A DNA stretch of 64,000 nucleotides from an uncultured Planctomycetaceae bacterium (GTDB lineage Bacteria; Planctomycetota; Planctomycetia; Planctomycetales; Planctomycetaceae): the NCBI GenBank assembly GCA_963813715.1, contig CAWFAK010000008.1, positions 288,001-352,000 of the forward strand, in the 5' to 3' direction. Under the pieces are notes generated by a model. That model ran no database searches and was not told the origin of the DNA. It saw only the letters and a list, made by a program, of their open reading frames with translations. Positions 37,024 to 45,943 of this stretch are shown piece after piece. The position numbers were made by a program, and so were the translations under genes. Each line of letters opens with the position of its first letter. The stretch's first letter is position 1.

Positions 37024-37266
37024 GTGCATTACCTCTATGCGTCAAAACTCCACGTGAACCGGAAACTGGTCGCCACGTTCGATTCCGAGCAGCAACTGTT
37101 GGCGTACGTCGGTTGGGCCACGCTCAAAACGAACGCCGACGGTTCCGGCAAGTTCGAGCAAGGCAGCCCACTGGCCGGCTATCAGCGCTGGGAGAAATCC
37201 GACACGCCGCTGACCGACGAAGACGCGACCCAGGTCTTGCACAACCCGACGCCGAGCATGCTGTAG
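37024..37266 (+). CDS. Small hypothetical protein (80 aa)
   Basis: GAGGAG RBS with GTG start; MHYLYASKLHVNRKLVATFDSEQQLLAYV... Confidence 0.7.
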   Translation: MHYLYASKLHVNRKLVATFDSEQQLLAYVGWATLKTNADGSGKFEQGSPLAGYQRWEKSDTPLTDEDATQVLHNPTPSML

Positions 37267-37365
37267 CCAGGCGGCTGTTGCGCGAACGCGTGCAGGGTTT
37301 CTCGTCTCATTTCGCGGGGAGTGCGCTGGGTGATTCTCGCCGCGCTCCTTTTGGTTCCGATCTCG

Positions 37366-38838
37366 CTACTCGGGCTGCGATTGGTTGTCGGCGCCCGGAG
37401 CGGGTACGCGCAGGACCAAGTCTCCTTTGCCGTCATGCAGGCTGACGCCGCCGTTGTCGATGCCGTCCGTGTAAACGCTCCACAGCGTCGCGCCGCGCGT
37501 CGCGGGGGCTTCGCGCCGGTAGTGATACGATTCGCCCGTGCCGAGCGGGTCGAGCGGGATCGATGGGAGAATGCCGCGGGCGACCAGCTCGTTCAGTGCC
37601 GCCGGGAATTCGTGGTGTTCGCGGTAGTAGAGCTCGAGCGCGAGTGCCAGCAGGAGTGCCGAGCGATGCGCCTGTGCGATGTCTCGGTGTTGGCTCGCTT
37701 GCCAGAGCCCCCCGAGCAGCAACGACGGATCGCAATACGCCAATTGCTGGGCCGAATCGGGCGAGATGCGGCGGAGGACCTTTGCGAGCGCGGCCGCGCT
37801 GTTGGTAGCGGCCGCTTCGATTTCTGCCGGAGGCCGCAGCCGAGGGTCGTGCGGAGTGGCCGGATCCAATTCATATAAATGCAGTTCGCCAGGGTGAATG
37901 GCGGTCCGCTCGTATTTCGGTCGGTCAGCCTGCGTGATCAAATTGGCGACGACGAGGCCGGCGTTTTGACCGATCTGTGCCGGGTACCCGGTGGCGCGCA
38001 CCCACGAGGGCGTGGGAGACAACCCGAGTGTCCCTCTCGTTGCATTCGCGCGCAGCCAGAGATACTCGAGCTTGAGCTGGTCCGAAGCGGGAGCGCGCAT
38101 CGCTTCGACCGTCCCCAGGTCATGGATCGCCCGCCGCAGGTCTGCGGGACCAACGCTCGGTTCGGCCGCCCAAACGACGGCTGCCTGGGCCGCCTGTTCA
38201 CCAAAGACGACGCCGAACATCGTCTGAATCGGGCTCGCGTGCATGGCGAGATGACGGCTCGTTCGCAACGAGTCGCGAAAGCAGCTCCAAGCCTCCTCGG
38301 GATGACGCTCTGCGGTGAGCCGCAGTCCTTCGAGCGTTTGCACTCGGATGCAGGTCTGGAGCGTGCCCCATTCGAAGGAAAGGAAATCCTCGTTCGCCGC
38401 GTCGGCGAGAGGAAACTCCAAGCTCTCCGCGCAGTCGGCTCCTCGTTTCAACTCCGCGAGCATGGGCCGGTTGAGCTTGACCCATTGCCGCACCGAAGGA
38501 ACCGCGTAGTCCCAACCTTTCTCGGCGGTGGCGTGCCAACTCTCCCAGAACTCGTCCCGCTTGAATGAAGGGTTTGCTGCAAAGACCGCGTCTTCCTTTA
38601 CCAGTGCCGCCACGGCACGCCGGTAGTACGTGAACGCATTCTGCTCGTCCGGCAACGTGTACGAGACGTAGCCGGCGACATCGAACGGTTCGGGAATCTC
38701 GGGCGTCGTAAACTGCCGGTAGGCCCAGCTGCCGACACAAACGATCGCCAACAAAATCACCGCGACGATGGCCCGTCGTCGACGACGCGAGCGCGGAGGG
38801 CTGGAAATTGGCGTCGGCAGAGTGTGGACGTCTGACAT
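37366..38838 (-). CDS. Membrane-anchored hypothetical protein
   Basis: N-terminal basic patch plus TM helix; C-terminal LALELYYREHHEFPAALNELV...IPLDP...WSVYTDGIDNGG. Confidence 0.75.
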   Translation of the reverse strand: MSDVHTLPTPISSPPRSRRRRRAIVAVILLAIVCVGSWAYRQFTTPEIPEPFDVAGYVSYTLPDEQNAFTYYRRAVAALVKEDAVFAANPSFKRDEFWESWHATAEKGWDYAVPSVRQWVKLNRPMLAELKRGADCAESLEFPLADAANEDFLSFEWGTLQTCIRVQTLEGLRLTAERHPEEAWSCFRDSLRTSRHLAMHASPIQTMFGVVFGEQAAQAAVVWAAEPSVGPADLRRAIHDLGTVEAMRAPASDQLKLEYLWLRANATRGTLGLSPTPSWVRATGYPAQIGQNAGLVVANLITQADRPKYERTAIHPGELHLYELDPATPHDPRLRPPAEIEAAATNSAAALAKVLRRISPDSAQQLAYCDPSLLLGGLWQASQHRDIAQAHRSALLLALALELYYREHHEFPAALNELVARGILPSIPLDPLGTGESYHYRREAPATRGATLWSVYTDGIDNGGVSLHDGKGDLVLRVPAPGADNQSQPE

Positions 38839-38992
38839 CGAGACTCCGGCCGCGCGGCGATACCAAGAATTCCGGCCCGCATTTCCTAACGGAAGCCCGA
38901 GCCAAATGGATCAGCCGTTTCGCGGCCGGCCGACGAAGGTCTGTCAGCGAGAGGCTCCCGACCTCTCTTTGTACGACCATTCTGTGTCCCAC

Positions 38993-39367
38993 CTAGCGGG
39001 AGTGCAGGGCCACCCGGTTGCCTTCGGAATCCAGGATCACGGCGCGGAATCCGTGCGGGCCGATTTGGTGCTTGGGCTGCAGGACTTTGCCGCCGTTGGC
39101 TTCGACTTTGCCAATCGCGTCGTCGAGTCGGCCGTTGCAGTTGAAGTAGAGCAGCAGTTTGCCCTCCGGGTCTGGCTCGGTCGTCTTCTTGCCCGGCACC
39201 AGGCAGCCCGACACGGCGCCTTCCTCGTCGAAGTGCGGCAGCAGAGCGAACGACATCCCGGAAAATTCCTGCTTCTCGCACTTGCCGTCCAGCACGGCGG
39301 AATAGAAACCGGAGGCGCGATCGAGATTCTGCACGGGCATATCAAACCAGACAGCGGTGTTGGTCAT
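38993..39367 (-). CDS. VOC/glyoxalase family protein
   Basis: VWFDMPVQNLDRASGFYSAVL, VEANGGKV, ILDSEGNRVALHS; AGGAGG RBS. Confidence 0.9.
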   Translation of the reverse strand: MTNTAVWFDMPVQNLDRASGFYSAVLDGKCEKQEFSGMSFALLPHFDEEGAVSGCLVPGKKTTEPDPEGKLLLYFNCNGRLDDAIGKVEANGGKVLQPKHQIGPHGFRAVILDSEGNRVALHSR

Positions 39368-39649
39368 GGCGTTTTCCTCCTGAGATGAGATTTGCAATTG
39401 CCGGCGTTCGAGATTCCACCAATAGAACTCGCCGCCCCTGCGTACACAAGTTGGAATCCCGACGAACCAAAAGCGAATAAGTTCGCGACGCGGCGGCCTG
39501 TGTTGAACCGTCCGCGTTTGCCCGTCCGCATTTGAACCGCCCGCTGCGTTCGGTTTAAGATGAGTGTTCCAGATGATCGAGGCGCACCGCTTCTACCGCA
39601 CTGTGCCCTTGCAGACCGTTTGCCTCCCCTCCCGCCAGGAGTTCTCATC

Positions 39650-40948
39650 GTGACCGACGTTTCTCACGTTTCCCGACGCAGTTTCTTGCAGACCACGGGC
39701 GGCGCGCTGGCCGCGACGGCTTTGTCCGCCCAGGCGTACGCGCGGGTGATCGGGGCCAACGACCGCATTCGCGTCGGATTTGTCGGGGTCGGCGGGCAGG
39801 GAATGCAGCACGTCGGCACGATTCGCGACCTGCAGAAGTCGAACAACGTCGAGGGGATCATCGTCGCCGACTGCTGGAAGACGCGGGCCGACGCGGGGGC
39901 CGGCCGTTTCGATGCGGCCAAGGCCGTGCAGGACTATCGGCACGTGCTCGACAACAAGGACGTCGACTATGTGACGATCGCGGTGCCCGAGCATTCGCAC
40001 TCGATCGTGACGATCGCCGCGCTCGATGCCGGCAAGCCGGTCTACTGCGAAAAGCCGATGACCCACACGATCCCGGAAGGGCTCGCCGTCGCGAAGAAAC
40101 AGAAAGAAACCAAGCTGCCGCTGCAGGTCGGCGTGCAAGCGATGTCCGACGACAGCTACGCGACCGCGGGTGAGGCGATTCGCCAGGGCGTGCTGGGGCG
40201 AGTCGTGCAGGCGCAGATCGAATACGTCCGCCGTTACGATCGGCAGGGGCCATGGCGCGAACGCGTCTCGCACGCGCACTCGTCGAAGCCGGCGGACCTC
40301 GATTGGAACACCTGGCTCGGCCATGCGAAGCAGGTCGACTGGAACCCGCACCACTACTTCGAATGGCGCTGCTACTCGGCTTATTCCGGCGGCATCGCCA
40401 CCGATCTCTTCATCCACCGCATCTCGCGGATCATGAAGGCGTGCGACTTGCAGTATCCGCGGCGAGTCGTCGGCATGGGCGGCATCTGGCAGTGGCCGGA
40501 CGGGCGCGACCTGCCCGATAACTTCGAGATGATCTGCGAATATCCCCGCGGCATGACGGTTTACGTGCTGGGGACGCAAAGCAATCGCGTTCCCGTCGAA
40601 CACGTGATCCGCGGCTATCGTGGCACGCTCTATTTCACGCCAGAGGGCTGGGTCGCCAAGGACAAGGACGGCAAGGTGCTCGCGGAGCACAAGGAGAAGC
40701 AGGCCAATCGCGAGGATCTGCACAACCACCACACCAACCTCCACAACCATCTGCGTCACGGCGAACCGCTCAACTGCCCGATCGAGTTGGGAATGGCCGG
40801 CGTTGTCGCCGTGAACATGGCGAACGAGTCGTGGCGGACGAGCCAGGTCATGGCTTGGGATGCCGAGAAAGAAGTGATGGTGCCGGCCCACACGCTCAAT
40901 CTAAGCCACGAACCGGACCCGGCCGTCGCTCCCAAAGTCGCCGGCTAA
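39650..40948 (+). CDS. Tat-exported Gfo/Idh/MocA oxidoreductase
   Basis: SRRSFLQ, GANDRIRVGFVGVGGQG, VYCEKPM, LDWNTWLG. Confidence 0.9.
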   Translation: MTDVSHVSRRSFLQTTGGALAATALSAQAYARVIGANDRIRVGFVGVGGQGMQHVGTIRDLQKSNNVEGIIVADCWKTRADAGAGRFDAAKAVQDYRHVLDNKDVDYVTIAVPEHSHSIVTIAALDAGKPVYCEKPMTHTIPEGLAVAKKQKETKLPLQVGVQAMSDDSYATAGEAIRQGVLGRVVQAQIEYVRRYDRQGPWRERVSHAHSSKPADLDWNTWLGHAKQVDWNPHHYFEWRCYSAYSGGIATDLFIHRISRIMKACDLQYPRRVVGMGGIWQWPDGRDLPDNFEMICEYPRGMTVYVLGTQSNRVPVEHVIRGYRGTLYFTPEGWVAKDKDGKVLAEHKEKQANREDLHNHHTNLHNHLRHGEPLNCPIELGMAGVVAVNMANESWRTSQVMAWDAEKEVMVPAHTLNLSHEPDPAVAPKVAG

Positions 40949-41045
40949 TTGCGGCGGGCTGCTCGCGGTGGAAGGGCGGATTTCGCGCCTCTAGCTCAGG
41001 ATTGCGTGGACGGCCGGCGGTTTGCCGGTCGCCGCTCGCAAGAAG

Positions 41046-41062
41046 TTGGCACGCGCTGTGCA
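41046..41062 (+). promoter_or_regulatory. Sigma-54 (-24/-12) promoter
   Basis: TTGGCACGCGCTGTGCA: GG-N10-GC with TGGCACG. Confidence 0.6.
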
Positions 41063-41179
41063 CTTTCCTGATTTATCGAAGAAATGGACGACCTTTGTTG
41101 CCAATCGTCAACAAACGCCCCACCGTCCGTTGATAAACGGAAACACGACAGGCTCGCCGACGCGAGTTCGAGTGACGCG

Positions 41180-41512
41180 ATGCAGGCCCGAACCAACAAA
41201 CTCGCGATTCGTTTGACGGCGACGGCTGCCGTCGCCTTGGCGTCCGGCCTTTTCGCCAGCGGATCGGCCTCAGCCGACGACGAGCAAAGCTGGATGTACC
41301 GTCGCTCGTACTTCAGCCACGTGTTGCCGCCGCAGATTCAGGCACGCTACCCCGTGCCCGAGAGTCGATCGGCCTATCGCCGTCCGTATGTCAACCTGTC
41401 TCCGGGCTTCGGCGTTCGCGGCAGCTACCGCTACAACCCGATCATGATTTACGACGGACAGTCGACCGACGTCGAAATCTATCGGCAGTTCTGGTTCCAG
41501 ACGGAACCGTAA
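41180..41512 (+). CDS. Small secreted hypothetical protein
   Basis: Signal peptide ending ASA-DD; Tyr/Arg-rich mature part (SWMYRRSYFSH). Confidence 0.7.
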   Translation: MQARTNKLAIRLTATAAVALASGLFASGSASADDEQSWMYRRSYFSHVLPPQIQARYPVPESRSAYRRPYVNLSPGFGVRGSYRYNPIMIYDGQSTDVEIYRQFWFQTEP

Positions 41513-41563
41513 TCGACGGCTGCCTCGCCGCACTTCCATCGCACGCCCGGCACGTCCCGACCG

Positions 41564-42239
41564 TCAGAGCACGCCGAACCGCTCGTAGGCTTCGCCGACT
41601 TTCATTCCCTGCTTGATCGCGTCGCGGGTGCGGCTTTCGTCATGGGCCTTGGTCCAGGCCCGGCGGACGGCTTCCACTTCGACCCCCGCCGGCACCACGA
41701 CGACGCCATCCACATCGGCGAAGACCAGGTCGTTGGGCTGAAACGTGACGCCGGCGATTTCCACGGCCACGTCGATCGCCGTGACAAATTGACGGTCCTT
41801 GCTGTCATAAGGGCAAGTCGCGCGCGCGAAGACCGGGAACTGCATCTCGGTCATTTGGGACACGTCGCGAACCGCTCCGTCAACGATGGCCCCCACACAA
41901 CCGCTGTTCCGCGCCGCTGTTGACAGCAAGTTCGCCCCAGATGCCGGAGCGCATCGAACCGCTCGGCGGCCGACGATCATCACCTGGTCGGCCTGGCAGG
42001 TGTCGACGGCCAAGCAGCTCTTTCTCGTAGGGGTGCGGATCGGCCGTGGTCCGCTCGCTCCAGAGCGTCGTTTTGCAGCGGCCCACGAGCAGGCCGGCAG
42101 TCGTTTTCACCGGCCAGGCGAGCCGGGGCGACTGCTCGCGCAGGCCGAGCGAATCCAGGGCGTCGCAAACAAGGGCCGTCGAGAGGGACTCGCGCATCAT
42201 CGCGAGCGTGATTGCGGCGGGCTGAGACAAATCGGCCAT
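41564..42239 (-). CDS. RraA/HMG-aldolase family protein (frameshifts near 42015 and 41960)
   Basis: TALVCDALD, GRCKT, WGEL, VDGAVRD, FADVDGVVVVP. Confidence 0.85.
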
Positions 42240-42434
42240 TTGGGCTGGGACCTCGGGGGAAAGAAAAACGTCAATTTCCTGTCCGGAAAAAGTGATGCCA
42301 TTGAGGGTACATTTGTGTATATTACTCAGCGAATACCGGTTGGTCCGGTTCCATCGCGATTGGGATGGCGCGATCGGTTGCGGCAGACAAAAGGTGCTTT
42401 TTCTCGGGAGCGCCAGGGCGCTCAAGGGCTGGCC

Positions 42435-42719
42435 ATGCGTAAGAATCTGTATGTCGGAAATCTCCCCTACGATACGACGGCGGACGATCTTCGCGAAGCG
42501 TTTTCGCAATTTGGAACGGTGTCGCGGTCGCAGGTGATTTCGGATCGTGAGACGGGGCGTTCGCGGGGTTTTGGGTTTGTCGAGATGGAAGACGGGGCCG
42601 ACACCGCCATCGAGTCGATGAACGGCAAGGATTTTCAAGGACGCCGGCTGACCGTCAACGAGGCCAAAAGCCGCTCGGACGCAGGCGGCGGCGGAAGCCG
42701 CAGTCGCTCGACTTACTAA
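42435..42719 (+). CDS. RRM RNA-binding protein
   Basis: RNP2 LYVGNL, RNP1 RGFGFVEM, Gly-rich tail. Confidence 0.95.
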   Translation: MRKNLYVGNLPYDTTADDLREAFSQFGTVSRSQVISDRETGRSRGFGFVEMEDGADTAIESMNGKDFQGRRLTVNEAKSRSDAGGGGSRSRSTY

Positions 42720-43088
42720 GCGGGCAGACTGTCGATAACCGGGCAGACCGTCGACCGACTCCGGATCGATGTGCGCAGCGCGGGTCGCGCTGCGGGACAG
42801 TCGATCGAGCGGCTTACCCGATTTGCTCCGCCCGGACACGCTTCTGACGGAGCCGTGACTGAGCGTACGCGCCCACCGGTCTGGGCCGGCCAAAAATTCT
42901 GCGGCGCACGATTGGCAGTGGCCCGTCGTTCAACGAGAATCGTGCGCTCCAGGGGCAAGCGCACCGCGGGCGAAATGGCATTCGCTCGGATCGCGCCGGC
43001 GACCCTGGTGAGCTTGGCTCGATTTTCGCACGGAACGATTTGGGCGGGTCGATTTTCGATGCATCGCCAGCGTGGGATGGAGCAGCGG

Positions 43089-44357
43089 ATGAGACGGGTC
43101 TTAGCGTTGGTGTTGGCCGGCGGTAAGGGCGCACGCTTGGAGCCGCTCACCCGCGATCGTGCCAAGCCTGCGGTCCCCTTCGGCGGCGTCTACCGCATCA
43201 TCGACTTCACGCTCTCCAACTGCATCAACAGCGGCCTGCGGCGGATGCTGGTGCTGACGCAGTACAAGGCGGCGAGCCTCGATCGACACATCGGCTTGGG
43301 CTGGCGGTTTCTCTGCCGCGAGCTGGACGAATTCATCGACGTGCTGCCGCCGCAGCAGCGGATCGACGAGCATTGGTACCAGGGGACGGCCGACGCCGTT
43401 TACCAGAACATCTATTCCATCGAGAAGTCGCGGCCCGACCTGGTCCTGATTCTTGCCGGCGATCACATCTACAAGATGGATTACTCGGAGGTCTTGCAGG
43501 ACCACATCGACAATCAGGCTGACTGCACCATCGGCTGCATCCCCGTCGAGCTGCGCGAGGGGATCAACTTTGGCGTGATGGAGATCGACAAGTCGCAGCG
43601 GGTCGTCAAGTTCCTCGAGAAGCCGCCCAACCCAGACCCGATGCCCGACGATCCGAATCGCTGCCTGGCGTCGATGGGCATTTATGTCTTCAACGCGAAC
43701 TTCCTCTTCGACCAGTTGTGCCGCGACGCGACGGTGACCGAGAGCAACCACGATTTTGGCCGCGACATCATCCCGACCATCATCGACACGCACCGCGTGC
43801 GGGCCTTTCCATTCCGCGATCGCAACTCGGGCAACTCGCGCTATTGGCGGGACGTCGGCACGCTCGACGCGTACTACGCCGCCAACATGGATCTCGTGGC
43901 CGTCGAGCCGCAGCTCAACCTGTACGACGAGGCGTGGGAGATCCGAACCTATCACCCGCCGCTGCCGCCGCCGAAGTTCGTCTTCGCGCAGTTCGGCGGT
44001 TCGTCGCCGCGGGCCGGTATGGCACTCGACAGCATGGTCAGCCCCGGCACGATCATTTCCGGCGGCCGCGTCGAACGTTCGATTCTCTCCCCCAACGTCC
44101 GCGTGAATAGCTGGGCCTGCGTGGAGGACAGCATCTTGTTCGAGGGAGTGAACGTCGGCCGACACGCCAAAATCCGCCGAGCCATCATCGACAAGGGGGT
44201 TGTCGTGCCCGAGGGGGCCGAAGTCGGCTACAACCTCGAGCTGGACCGCGCCCGCGGCTTCACCGTGACTGAATCGGGCGTGGTGGTGATCGGCAAGCTG
44301 CAAGGCTTCGTCGACGTCCACGAACGTAGCGGGGCGATGGACCTGTCCATCGGCTGA
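43089..44357 (+). CDS. glgC: Glucose-1-phosphate adenylyltransferase
   Basis: LAGGKGARL, RAKPAVPFGG, WYQGTADAV, GDHIYKMDY, ASMGIYVF, YWRDVGT. Confidence 0.96.
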   Translation: MRRVLALVLAGGKGARLEPLTRDRAKPAVPFGGVYRIIDFTLSNCINSGLRRMLVLTQYKAASLDRHIGLGWRFLCRELDEFIDVLPPQQRIDEHWYQGTADAVYQNIYSIEKSRPDLVLILAGDHIYKMDYSEVLQDHIDNQADCTIGCIPVELREGINFGVMEIDKSQRVVKFLEKPPNPDPMPDDPNRCLASMGIYVFNANFLFDQLCRDATVTESNHDFGRDIIPTIIDTHRVRAFPFRDRNSGNSRYWRDVGTLDAYYAANMDLVAVEPQLNLYDEAWEIRTYHPPLPPPKFVFAQFGGSSPRAGMALDSMVSPGTIISGGRVERSILSPNVRVNSWACVEDSILFEGVNVGRHAKIRRAIIDKGVVVPEGAEVGYNLELDRARGFTVTESGVVVIGKLQGFVDVHERSGAMDLSIG

Positions 44358-44384
44358 CGGACCGATCGCGACATGGCCGCCCGC

Positions 44385-45869
44385 TCAACGCGCCCCAACC
44401 GGCAGCGACAGTCCTCCGCCGGCGCCGGGATCGAGATAGTGTTCGACGACCTCGTGCGCGGGTCGGATGGCATCCGGCGTCACTCTGCGGCCGTACCAGT
44501 GCTGGTAGAGCAACTCTGTCACTGCCCGGCTCCGCAATTCGAGCGACTCGAAGAGCTCGCTTCCGGGAGCCGACGCTTGGAAGACTGCGGGCAAATTGAG
44601 CCGATGGGCGTGGACGATGCGATCGCGCACGGTCGGGTGCGAAGCGAGCCAGTTCCGCTCTTCGTTGGCAATCAACTTGCGGGCCCGTTTTTTCACTTTC
44701 GGCTCTCGATCGGCCAGCTCGGCGATGAAGGCCACCAGATCGGACGGCAAGATCCGGCAGTCGGTCGATCCGAACGCGTACTGAAAAGCCATCTCATGCG
44801 CGACGGTCAGCTCGAGCAGCCGCCGGCAAAATGCCTCGAATTCCGCTGAGCCGATGACGCCGACTTCGTAGCAATCGGCGTCGAACTCCATCCGCCGCAT
44901 GAGCAACGCGCTGGCGATCAGGCCCACCTGCATCAAGCACCAGAGGGTGTAACGCCCCACCAGAACGAGAAGCCAAAGCACGATTGCCACGAGCGCCATC
45001 AGCCAGTGGCCGCCGCTCAAGGACTCGATTAGCTCGTCGAGCAGGGTCGGGCGGCCAACGGCAAGCGCAAACCACAGATTCACACGCTTGATGAACCGGT
45101 CCAGAAAACCACTGCCCCGCTGGGCGAAGTGACCGAGCTCGTGCGCGATGACTCCGGCGAGCTGGGTCAGCGTCAGTCCGCCGACGAGCGGCAGCCCCAA
45201 CGTCAACGTGAATGCGCGCCGGCGCAGACCAAAGAAGGAGGTCTCGTAATAGGCGCTGGCGTTCACGTCGAGATTGAGGCGGATGATGTCGGGCCGCGGG
45301 CAACCGACTTTATCGGCCAGGCGGTCGACGAACGCGAACAGGGCGGGTTCGTCGAGCCTCGAAAGTCCAGTCCCCTCGTCCGGTGCGCGGAGGCCGGAAA
45401 ACAGGGGACGAATCAACGAGAGCGTCCACAGCGCGCCACCGATGCTCAGCCCCACGTACAATGCGGCGACCATGACCGTGGCGTAACCAGACATGGCTTT
45501 CATCCAGAACCAGTCGTACCGGGCGTGCCACCACGTCAGCCCGGCAACCGCGGCCACAAACGCGACGTAGAAGATCGGCAAGAGCAGCATCACGCCGCCG
45601 ACTGCCAACGCCGCGAGCCGGTGGCCCAGCGTGACCCGCTGCTTGGGGAAGACCAGCGAATCGTTCAGCAGCCGCAAGAGATCGCGGGTGCGAAGGGCGC
45701 GCGGGGAGAGGCCTGCCGGGGCGGGCACCTCGGCGGCCGGGGCCTCAATCGCAAAGCGGGTCTTGCAGCGCTTGCAAGTGCCCTGCCGCCCGGCCGCGTG
45801 CGCCGGCATGCGATACGATCGGCCGCAACCGGGGCAGGTAACAAGGATCGAGCTGTCTGCCGCGGCCAA
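44385..45869 (-). CDS. M48 family zinc metalloprotease with N-terminal zinc ribbon
   Basis: CPGC...CKRC, TM helices, AHELGH, RRMEFDAD, SHPTVRDRI. Confidence 0.85.
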   Translation of the reverse strand: MAAADSSILVTCPGCGRSYRMPAHAAGRQGTCKRCKTRFAIEAPAAEVPAPAGLSPRALRTRDLLRLLNDSLVFPKQRVTLGHRLAALAVGGVMLLLPIFYVAFVAAVAGLTWWHARYDWFWMKAMSGYATVMVAALYVGLSIGGALWTLSLIRPLFSGLRAPDEGTGLSRLDEPALFAFVDRLADKVGCPRPDIIRLNLDVNASAYYETSFFGLRRRAFTLTLGLPLVGGLTLTQLAGVIAHELGHFAQRGSGFLDRFIKRVNLWFALAVGRPTLLDELIESLSGGHWLMALVAIVLWLLVLVGRYTLWCLMQVGLIASALLMRRMEFDADCYEVGVIGSAEFEAFCRRLLELTVAHEMAFQYAFGSTDCRILPSDLVAFIAELADREPKVKKRARKLIANEERNWLASHPTVRDRIVHAHRLNLPAVFQASAPGSELFESLELRSRAVTELLYQHWYGRRVTPDAIRPAHEVVEHYLDPGAGGGLSLPVGAR

Positions 45870-45943
45870 GGTTGATTCCCGCCCATCGATCGCCGCCCGC
45901 GAATGTCGACGTTCCGGCCGTGTTGGCGGCGGCAGACGCAGGC

